64,000 bases of DNA, from positions 166,510,104 through 166,574,103 of the forward strand of contig NC_092377.1 in the NCBI RefSeq assembly GCF_030028105.1. The letters are read 5' to 3'. Source of the stretch: Mobula birostris (taxonomy: Eukaryota). The first letter of the stretch is position 1. Each line of letters opens with the position of its first letter. Positions 50,527 through 61,119 of the stretch are shown here, piece after piece. The notes beneath the pieces were generated by a model, which ran no database searches, was not told the DNA's origin, and was given only the letters and a program-made list of their open reading frames with translations. Both the position numbers and the translations under genes were made by a program.

Positions 50527-51106
50527 TATATACAGTATACAGTATATATAAAATTAAATTAGTGCAAAAAAAGAGAGCAAAATAATTGTGAGATAGTGTT
50601 CATGGGTTCATCAACCATTCAGAAATCTAATAGCAGAGGGGAAGAGATTGTTCCTAAAATCTGAGTGTATTGTTCCATTTGATGGACTACATTTTTTCTT
50701 AAATGTCACCCTGGCCTACATTCCAAGAACTTCCTTACTCAAAGTAAGATCTTTTATTCATGAAAAAGCAGTATTTTCATAAATATAGAAATCCTTGCAT
50801 CTTTCTGAAACATGGTTTGATCTCTGATGCTAGACAGAAATGTAGTTGCTAATAAAAATGATCTTTTTTTAAAAAATTCTCATATAGGTCAACCACATTC
50901 AGTGTTATTCAAGCAGCCATTTGAAGACATTCAGTAAACAGAATCAGATGTCCAGACAGGAACAATTGAGAACCTGGTCCAGCCATACTTTTCCAAGTAT
51001 TACTAGCAAATCAACCCTATTAATTTTTAAACTTGTGAATTATTAAGAAAACCATAATCGGGTATCCTGGCATTGAAGAAAAGAGCATGTTTCCTTAAAT
51101 CTACAT

Positions 51107-53245
51107 TCAATAAGCCCATAAGCTGTTGGAGCAGAATTAGGCAATTTGGCCCATTGAGTTTACTCTGCCATTTCATCATGGCTGACTCATCTTTCCTCTG
51201 AGCCCCAGTCACCTGCCTTCCCCAGTCTCCTGCCTTCCCCCAATCTCCTGCCTTCCTCCCAGTCTCCTGCCTTCCCCCGATCTCCTGCCTTCCCCCCCGT
51301 CTCCTGCTTTCCCCTGGTTTCCTGCCTTCCCCCAGTCTCCTGCCTTCCCCCAGTCTCCTGCCTTCCCCCAGTCTCCTGCCTTCCCCCAGTCGCCTGCCTT
51401 CTCCAGTCTCCTGCCTTCCCCCAGTCTCCTGCCTTCCCCCAGTCTCCTGCTTTCCCCCAGTCGCCTGCCTTCCCCAGTCTCCTGCCTTCCCCCAGTCTCC
51501 TGCCTTCCCCCGTCTCCTGCCTTCCCCCAATCTCCTGCCTTCCCCCAATCTCCTGCCTTCCCCAGTCTCCTGCCTTCCCCCCATATCCCTTCATGCCCTG
51601 AACCCTCTCCAGTTTCAACACATCCTTCCTAAGATAAGGGGCGAAACACTGCTCACAATCTCTAAGTGAAGCCTCAAAGGTGCTTTATAAAGTCTCGACA
51701 TCACACCTTTGCTTTTATATTCCAGTCCTCTTGAAAGGAATATTAACATTGTATTTTCCTTCCTCACCACAGACTCAACCTGCAAATTAACCTTTAGGGA
51801 ATCCTGCACGAGGATTCCCAAATCCCTTTTGTATTTTCTCTCCATTTAGAAAATAATCAACCTTTTCATTCCTTCTGTCAAAGTGCATGACCACACACTT
51901 CCCAACACTATTCTATCTGCCACTTCTTTGCCCATTCTCCGAATCCAAGTCCTTCTCTAGCTGCTTTATTTCCTCAAAACTACCCGCACCTATCTTTGTA
52001 TCATCTGCAAACTTTGCAGCAAGGCCTCAATTCCACCATCCAAATCACTGACATATAGCGTAAAAAGAATAGGTCCTGACACAGACCCCTCTGGAACACC
52101 AGGTTCTTAGTCACCAGCAGCCAGCCAGAAAAGGTTCCCTGATTCCTATTCTTTGCTTCCTGCTAATTAGCTACCATTTTGTCCATACTAAAACTTGCCC
52201 ATAATACCATGAACTCATAGCTTGTTAAGCAGCTTCATGTGTGGCACCTTGTCAAAGGCCATCTGAAAATCCAAGTACACAACATCAACCGAATCTCCGT
52301 TGTCTATCCTACATGTTAATTCTTCAAAGAATTCCAACAGATTTGTCAGGTAAGATTTTCCCTTGAGGAAACCATGCTGACTATGGCCCATTTTATCATG
52401 TGCCTCCAAGTACCCTGAGACCTCATCCTTAATAATCAACTCCAACATCTTCCCAAACACTGAGGTCAGACTAACTGGCCTATAATTTCCTTTCTTCTCC
52501 CTTCTTGAAGAGCGGACTGACATTTCCAATCTTCCAGTCTTCTGGAACCGTCCAGGATCTAGTGGTACTTGAAAGATCATTACTGATGCCTCCACAATCT
52601 CTTCAACCACCTCTTTCAGAACCCTGGTCACCATCTGATCCAAGTGACTTGTCTACCTTCAGACTTTTCAGTTTCCCCAAGAACTTTCTCCCTAGTAATG
52701 GTAATTTCACACACTTCATGACCCCTGACACCTGGAACTTTCACCATACTACTAGTTTCTTCACAGTAAAGACTGATGCAAAACGCTTATTCAGTTTATC
52801 TGTCATTTCCTTGTCTCCCCACTGCTACCTCTCCAGCATTGTTTTCCAGCGGTCCAATATCCACTCTTGCCTCTCTTTTACACTTTATGTATCTGAAAAT
52901 ACTTTTGGTATCTTCTTTAATATTATTGGCTAGCTTACTTGCATATTCCATCTTTACCCCCTTAATGGTTTTTTTGTTGCCTTCCGTTGGTATTTAAAAA
53001 CTTCCCAATACTCTAACTTCCCACTAGTATTTGCTCTATTTTATGCCTTCTCTTTGGCCTTTATGTTGGCTTTGACTTCTCTTGTTAGCCATGGTTGTGT
53101 TATCTTGCTTTTAGAATACTTCTTCCTCTTTGGGATGTAAATATCCTGCGGCTTCTGAATTGCTTCCAGAAATTCCAGCCACTGCTGTCACCCGTGCCAG
53201 TGTCTTTTCCAATCAAATCTGGCCAACTCCTCTCTCAGTTTTGTT
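51107..53245 (-). mobile_element. CR1 LINE fragment (RT and 3' tail) containing a minisatellite
   Basis: NYRPVSLTS..GKSYLTNLLEFFE..DFQMAFDKVPH, on -. Confidence 0.85.
51203..51582. repeat. Minisatellite, about 21 copies of an ~18-bp unit (CCCCAGTCTCCTGCCTTC)
   Basis: Directly counted tandem units of 17-20 nt with no unique spacers. Confidence 0.95.
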
Positions 53246-53424
53246 CAGTAGTTTTATTGTTTGGTTAACCACCCTCCACCACTCATCTCTGATGACAGCT
53301 TGCCATAATACAAAATGGAAGAACACATACCAGCCCTCAGTGAGGGGTCAGCGGTAAAAAAGGTGAGCAGCTTCAAGTTCCGGGTATCAACATCTCAGAG
53401 TATCCATCTGAGCCCAACACCTTA

Positions 53425-53952
53425 AAGCCACACACAGGTTGGAGGAACAACACCTTATATTCTGTCTGGGTAGCCTCCAACCTGATGGCATGAACATGGA
53501 CTTCTCAAACTTTCGCTAATGCCCCACCTCCCCCTCGTACCCCATTCATTACTTATTTATATACACACATTCTTTCTCTCTCTCTCCTTTTTCTCCCTCT
53601 GTCCCTCTCACTATACCCTTTGCCCATCCTCTGGGTTTTCCCCCCTCCCCCTTTTCCTTCTCCCTGGGCCTCCCGTCCCATGATCCTCTCATATCCCTTT
53701 TGCCTATCACCTGTCCAGCTCTTGGCTCCATCCCTCCCCCTCCTGTCTTCTCCTATCATTTTGGATCTCCCCTTCCCCCTCCACCTTCAAATCTCTTACT
53801 AGCTCTTCCTTCAGTTAGTCCTGACGAAGGGTCTCGGCCTGAAACGTCGACTGTACCTCTTCCTAGAGATGTTGCCTGGCCTGCTGTATTCACCAGCAAC
53901 TTTGATGTGTGTTGTTTGAATTTTCAGCATCTGCAGAATTCCTCGTGTTTGC
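53425..53952 (+). mobile_element. Penelope 3' fragment (GIY-YIG end and terminal repeat)
   Basis: LEEQHLIFCLGSLQPDGMNMDFSNFR*, followed by the same terminal repeat as 27224-27660. Confidence 0.92.
53817..53852 (+). ncRNA. Intact minimal type I hammerhead ribozyme motif
   Basis: AGUC / CUGACGA / AGG-GUCUCGG-CCU / GAAA / CGUC / GACU. All core nucleotides are present, with a GUC cleavage triplet (C53848) and a self-complementary ACGU stem III. Confidence 0.8.
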
Positions 53953-54744
53953 GTTAACAAATTTCACCAGATAGTTAGTGATAATAAACCTAGCTCTGAT
54001 TCTGAAGAAGGTCAGAGAAAAAGCCTTTGTAATCAGAGAATAATAATGTTCAGAAATAAAAAACTAACATCATGAAATGTTCAGCAGGTCAGGCAGCATC
54101 AATGAATCCATTACACAAATAATATTGGAGAATCACCAATGAGGAACAGTTGGCAAGTTTGAAACTTCTTGCTTGAGTGGGAATACCCACAGTTTACAAA
54201 GACATTCCCTGGCAAGTTCGAGTCCATTGATTTAGAATTTAAATCAGTTTCTTAACTGTTCAATGATTCGAAAGCATGCCCAGCAGAATGGTGAAAAACT
54301 AAATGAAAAAACACAAAGAAAAGCAAGCCAATGAAATATATTACACAACAGCTTTATCAACAGTCTTTTCCATGACGTTTTTCTGAAAAAAATCCCTAAG
54401 ACCATAAAACATAGGAATAGAATTAGGCCTTTTGGGCCCATCAAATTTGCTCCACCATTCCAACATGGCTTATTTATTTTCCATCCCAACCGCATTCTGT
54501 TTTCTTCTCCCTGTAACCTCTGACACCTTATTAATCAGAACCTATCAACTTCCACTTTAAAGATACCCAATGACTTGGCCTCCACAGCTGCCTGTTGCAA
54601 TGAATTCCACAGATTCATCACCCTTCTGGCTACAGAAATTTCTCTTCATCTCTGTTCTAAAGGGACATCCTTTTATTCTGAGCCTCTGCCCTCTGGTCTT
54701 AGAATAACCCACTACAGGGAACATCTTCTCCACGTCCATTCTAT

Positions 54745-55290
54745 CTCAATATTGGGAATGAATGAAATTTATTTCGGTCAGTACAAACATAACAAAAAGC
54801 ATCATTTTCAACGATGATTTCACAGGACAAAATTACACCAAAAAAAAGATATTCTTTAAAACAGACCAGAAGGGTGTAGGCTGAAGCTACAGCTTATTAC
54901 ACCTACCCCTCTTACTTATACAACAACATATTTGGCATCAATCATCACATCAAAACAAAAAATTTCATAATCTTTTAACACAAATCCAATTCCAAGTGTC
55001 ACTTATTTACATTACTCCCATTCATTTTAAATCATGTATTTTATATTTGTTCATTAAATTATTTTAAAATATTTTTTAAACTTGTTAAGTGTGGTACATG
55101 TTTTTAAATTCTCACTACAACTGTTCCATAGATTCATCTCTCTGATTGAAATACAATGATTTCTTACATTTGTTCTTATCCTTTGTTTTTGAAATATACA
55201 TGTTCCTCTCAAATCATGTTGACTTTCTCTCATTTTAAACAACTTTTGGATACTTTGTGGTAGCTGTCCATTTTTTACATTATTCAATAA
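54745..55290 (-). mobile_element. L2/Crack-like LINE 3' fragment
   Basis: LP.SIQKLFK.RES.HDLRG..IRTNVRNHCISI..LWNS..TLNKFKK, a C-terminal pattern typical of the L2/Crack group. Confidence 0.6.
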
Positions 55291-55502
55291 TATTCAATAG
55301 GTTTTAATGAGATCCCTCCTCATTCTTCTGAAATCCAGCAAACCATCAAACTGCCCTCATATGTAAATCCTTTCATTTCTGGGATCATTCTCATGATTTC
55401 TAAACATTGAATCAGGACATTGTAGACCACATGATAAGAGAGGTACATTATGGAAATTAGTAGATATTCCAGTTAGCTTTAAATACTCTGGAATTAACGC
55501 AC

Positions 55503-55567
55503 CTAATGTCAATTCTCCTGAATGGATAATCACTGCCATCACTGTCATCTGGCAATCGGCAGACACC
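55503..55567 (-). CDS. polb: DNA polymerase beta exon 12 (catalytic Asp256)
   Basis: Acceptor ctttgaacag|GGT and donor TTAG|gtgcgt. 65 nt encoding GVCRLPDDSDGSDYPFRRIDI(R). Phase 2 fits exon 13. Confidence 0.95.
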
Positions 55568-56151
55568 CTGTTCAAAGAAAGCAGAGAAAACTGGTTAGGA
55601 ATTTACTAACAAAACAGTCTTAAGTAACTATCATAAAATCAGCACGGACCAAAATCATTGCCAAAAACAGTATGGCAAAACAATGAATGTTTTTTGGTAC
55701 TTAGGAAATGAAAGAAAAATCTGGGAATTAATTATACTCGCATGTTCAAAGTACATTTATTATCACAGTATGTACACTATATACAACCTTGAGATTCACC
55801 TCCTTACAGGCAGCCACAAAACAAAGAAACCCAATAGAACCCATTAAGAAAAAGAAGATCGTCAAACACCCAATGGGTAGAGAGCGAGAAAAAACATGCA
55901 AACTAGAAAAGTAAGCAAATAGCATTCAGAACTAAAGTATTACAAAAGTAAGTCCACAGGCACAGGGCCAGGTATCATCGCAGCCAGAGCGAGCCAACAC
56001 CCTGACCTTTTCAACCTGGCCCGGCATTTAGATCATCCAAACATTGGGTCATTCCTTGCTCTTAGACCTAGGCCCTGTTGCTTCAATACGCTTGGGGCTT
56101 GGACCCTGTTGTCATCGTTAGTTTAACACCAGTATTCTACAAAGAGACAGC

Positions 56152-56410
56152 ATGATAGTATAACGGTTAGCACAATGCTATACAGCACTGGCTGTAAGAT
56201 TGGAGTTCAATTCCTGCTGCTGTCGGTCAGGGGTTTTCACCATAACCATGGTGCGTTAGTTGTGGGCATGTTATGTTGATGCTGGAAGTACGGGGACACT
56301 TGTGGGCTCTCCCCAGCATAATCTTTGCTGCTTTGATTTGACACAATCAGTGCATTTCACTGTATATTTTAATGTACATGTGACAAATAAAGATAATATC
56401 TAATCTTAAT
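56152..56410 (+). mobile_element. V-SINE, internally deleted
   Basis: Head ..ggttagcacaatgc..gagttcaattcc and the shared tail. Confidence 0.7.
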
Positions 56411-57702
56411 CTGAATCCCTTACAGATCATATTAGGCAGATTAATACTCCTCATTTTCCAATTGCTGGATTTGGTGATCAAGCAGCAACTTTATAAAATA
56501 CTGCATCACGAAGTTGGCTAAATTGTAGTAAAGTAAATGTGTCTGTGGAAGAAATAAACTTCATGAGTTGAATGATACAGATTGCTTTGATATTCATCTC
56601 CCATCATGAACCACAGCATTTATAAACAATGTAGTTCTTGCCAATTGGCAACCAGGGAATAGTTTCAACTTGCTCTAAACAATAATCATAACACTGATTC
56701 ATTAATCACTTAAAAGGGAACAATTCAGTTCTCTTAAGATTAAACTCTTCCCAGATAATTCATTTCGACCTAATGCAAGTCTTTCTTTTAAAATAGTTCA
56801 TGGGCAATTTTTGTCAGTATTATGAATTGCAAAAAGAACAGCGATAAACCACAGGAGGATATAACAATTTGATAGAATGAACAAACTTGTGGTGGGTGAA
56901 GTTGAAATCAATTTGACACTAGCTGATACATTTTTGTAGGAAATCTGTGGGGGGGTGGGGGGTTGGTGGGAGACTACATAAAACAAAGGACACTGTTCTA
57001 TAAAGAGTGGATGAGCAGCAGCATATGGGAGCATGGATGTATAATCTATTGGAAATAACAATGCAAGTTGTGAAAGAAACTTCTTTGGCATTCTTGACTT
57101 TGTCGAGGCATAGAGCATACAGGCAAGATGCACTTAGGAAAACAGGAGCAGGTCTCTCCTCATGACCCATCCCAGTCCCCAACTCTTCTGTTCCACATAG
57201 CTCCCAGTTCCACAACCTTTCTCATACATATCTACTTTCTCTTTAACTACCTTTAGTGATCAAATTTCCAAGAACCTCTAGGGTAGAGAATTCTATAGAT
57301 ACACCACCCTGAGAGATGATATTGCAATGCATTTCAGCTTTAAATGACTGTTCCTTTAAGTTGTAACTATGTCCCATTGTTCAAGACTCAAACATTTTGA
57401 CATTTACCCTGTGATCCTCCTTAGGATCATATACCTTTCAATGTTCATCTCTCATTCTCCTGAACTGCAACACTACAGCCCCATATGCAAGTTTGTGAAT
57501 CAAAAGAAAATGAAGGTAACTTTCAAAATAGCCATCTATGCAAGAATGAAAAAGCACAACCACTTAGTTTTAAAATTCACCTGGACCCACTCTTTGGAAG
57601 CACAATGAAGGACAATTTTAAAAGAAACTCCAAAAGATATTGTAATAATTATATTTTATTCCAGTATCTTCACTAAACATGATTACTTAAAGGTTAGCTT
57701 TA

Positions 57703-60195
57703 TTTAGAACATAAAACATAGAACATAAAACATAGAACATAGAAAACCTACAGCACAATACAGGCCCTTTGGCCCTCAAAGTTGTGCCGAACATGTCCCT
57801 ACCTTAGAAATTACTAGGCTTACCTAAAATAAAGGCATCCGTTAGTCTTGCGAGACCATGGATCTGTGCCTGGAAAGTCTTCACTCTCCAGGGCGCAGGC
57901 CTGGGCAAGGTTGTATGGAAGACCAGCAGTTGCCCATGCTGCAAGTCTCCCCTCTCCACGATATCAATGTTGTCCAAGGGAAGGGCACTAGGACCCATAC
58001 AGCTTGGCACCAGTGTCATCGCAGAGCAATGTGTGATTAAGTGCCTTGCTCAAGGACACACTGCGTTCCCTTGGCTGGGGCTCGAGCTCACGACCTTCAG
58101 GTCGCTAGTCCAATGCTTTAACCACTTGGCCACGTGCCCATCTATAGCCCTCTATTTTACAAAGCTCCATGTACCTATCTAAATGTCCCTTAAAAGACCC
58201 TATCATATCCGCCTCCACCACCATTGCCGGCAGCCCATTCCACGCACTCAGAGCTCTCTGAGTAAAAAACTTACCCGAAATCTCCTCTGTACCTACTCCC
58301 CAGCACCTTAAACCTGTGTCCTCTTGTGGCAACCATTTCAGCCCTGTGAAAAAGCCTCTGACTATCCAAAAACCTCTCATCATCTTATACACCTCTATCA
58401 GGTCACCTCTCATCCTCCGTCGTTCCAAGGAGAAAAGGCCAAGTTCACTCAACCTGTTCTCATAAGGCATGCTCCCCAATCCAGGTAACATCCTTGTAAA
58501 TCTCCTCTGCACCCTTTCTATGGCTTCCACATCCTTCCTGTAGTGAGGCGATCAGAACTGAGCACAGTACTCTAAGTGGGGTCTGACCAGGGTCCTATAT
58601 AGCTGCAACATTACCCCTCGGCTCCTAAATTCAATTCCACGATTGATGAAAGCCAATACACCATATGCCTTCTTAACTACAGAGTCAACCTGCGCAGCTG
58701 CTTTCAGCATCCTATGGACTCGGACTCCAAGATCCTTCTGATCCTCCAACACTGCCAAGAGTCTTATCATTAATACTATACCCTGCCATCATATTTGAAC
58801 TACCAAAATGAACCACTTCACACTTACCTGGGTTGAACTCCATCTGCCACTTCTCAGGCCAGTTTTGCATCCTATCAATGTCCCGCTGTAACCTCTGACA
58901 GCCCTCCACACTATTCACAACACCGCCAAGCTTTGTGTCATCAGCAAACTTACCAACCCATCCCTCCACAGGTCATTTATAAAAATCACAAAGAGTAAGG
59001 GTCCCAGAACAGATCCCTGAGGCAGACTACTAGTCACCGACCTCCATGCAGAATATGACCCGTCTACAACCACTCTTTGCCTTCTGTGGGCAAGCCAATT
59101 CTGGATCCACAAAGCAATGTCCCCTTGGATCCCAGGCCTCCTTACTTTCTCAATAAGCCTTGCATGGAGTACCTTATCAAATGCCTTGCTGAAATCCATA
59201 TGCACTACATCTACTGCTCTTCCTTCATCAATGTGTTTAGTCACATCCTCAAAAAATTCAATCAGGCTCGAAAGGCATGACCTGCCCTTGACAAAGCTGT
59301 GCTGACAACTCCTAATCATATTATGCCTCTCTAAATGTTCATAAATCCTGCCTCTCAGGATCTTCTCCATCAACTTACCAACCACTGAAGTAAGACTCAC
59401 TGGTCTATAATTTCCTGGGCTATCTCCACTCCCTTTCTTGAATAAGGGAACAACATTCGCAACCCTCCAATCCTCTGGAATCTCTCCCATTCCCATTGAT
59501 GATGCAAAGATCATTGCCAGAGGCTCAGCAATCTCTTCCCTCGCCTCCCACAGTAGCCTGGGGTACACCTCACCTGGTCCCGGCGACTTATCCAACTTGA
59601 CGCTTTCCAAAAGCTCCAGCACATCCTCTTTCTTAATATCTACATGCTCAAGCTTTTCAGTCCACTGCAAGTCAGCACTACAACCACCAAGATCATTTTC
59701 CATAGTGAATACTGAAGTAAAGTATTCATTAAGTACCTCTGTTATTTCCTCCGGTTCCATACACACTTCCCACTGTCACACTTGATAGGTCCTATTCTTT
59801 CACGTCTTATCCTCTTGCTCTTCACATACTTGTAGAATGCCTTGGAGTTTTCCTTAATCCTGCCCGCCAAGGCCTTCTCATGGTCCCTTCTGGCTCTCCT
59901 AATTTCCTCCTTAAGCTCCTTCCTATTAGCCTTATAATCTTCTAGATCTCTAACATTACCTAGCTCTCTGAACCTTTTGTAAGATTTTTTTTTCTTCTTG
60001 ACTAGATTTATTACAGCCTTTGTACACCGCGGTTCCTGTACCCTACCATAACTTCCCTGTCTCATTGGAACGTACCTATGCAGAACTCCACACAAATATC
60101 CCCTGAATATTTGCCACATTTCTTCCGTACTTTTTCCTGAGAACATCTGTTTCCAATTTAAGCTTCCAATTTCCCGCCTGATAGCCTCATAATTA
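57703..60195 (-). mobile_element. CR1 LINE (RT and tail), same subfamily as 20696-24673
   Basis: Colinear with 21325-24673. YRPVSLTS, FADD and a (CATAGAA)n tail at 57703-57745. Confidence 0.92.
57827..58139 (-). mobile_element. tRNA-headed SINE inserted in the CR1 3' UTR
   Basis: Host taccta|tagccc is split by the insert. A-box TGGCCAAGTGG and B-box-like GCTCGAGCC. Confidence 0.85.
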
Positions 60196-61119
60196 CATGT
60201 ATGCACATAAAAACATCAAAAATACAGTGAAATGTGTTATTTGCAGCAAATCAATTCAGCAGGGCCTGTGCTGGGCAGCCTACATGTCTCACCAGTGGCT
60301 ATGCTATCACAGAACAGGATAAAAGACACGAAAAGAGCAGAATCAACCAGTTAAAAATCTTGCCCTTATGTTTCATTATACATTCCTTTTTCCAACTTTG
60401 TACTTGTTCTAGGGCATAATAATTTTTGCCCTCTTTCATGGTGATAGTTAACAATCTTAAGTGTTCCTCATCAAGTAATGATTACTGGGAAAAAAAGACT
60501 TTATTTGTCCACATATTACTGAAACAGCAGTGAACATATAAAAACAATTTCATACCCTTGCACCTTAATGCACCTCACATCTCTGAATCATCTCTGCAGA
60601 TGTCTGAGCTTGGGATATAATTCCAAGTTAAAACTTTTGCACTTTTAAAAGCATTTGCAATCTTTAAAAACATTTACTGAATAGAATGGATTGGACTGTA
60701 CATAGTAATCATGAAGGGATCATTCTGTAATCTTGCTAATCATTTATTATAAACAACATTCTGTATTTCAAAAGAGCAATATAGCATAAAATTCACTCTC
60801 GGCAAGTTGTTATTTAGAAGTTATTAAATTATAAACTTCTTTTGCACTGATAGTTATGACATTTTGGCAACGTAATTATGGATTAACTAAAATGAGACCC
60901 AGTCTTCAGGAAATAAATCCTGTACACAGTTTCACTTCCAACTGATCCAAGAGTTTTGCTATCTGCTAAGAGCCAGATTAGTGGCGTTTAGGTCTGGGGA
61001 CCAAGTAAGATACAAGAGGTCAAGGTAAAGTGGCAATTCCAGACCTAACTGGAATCGCGAAAGGATCACACACAAAATGCTGGAGGAACTCAGCAGGTAA
61101 GGCAGCATCTATGGGAAAG

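Noticed and set aside
51203-51582. CRISPR-like array
   Set aside because: The units are contiguous with no unique spacers, the context is eukaryotic, and there are no cas genes.
51027-51621. 185-aa and 144-aa Gly/Arg-rich ORFs
   Set aside because: They are translations of the 18-bp minisatellite, not genes.
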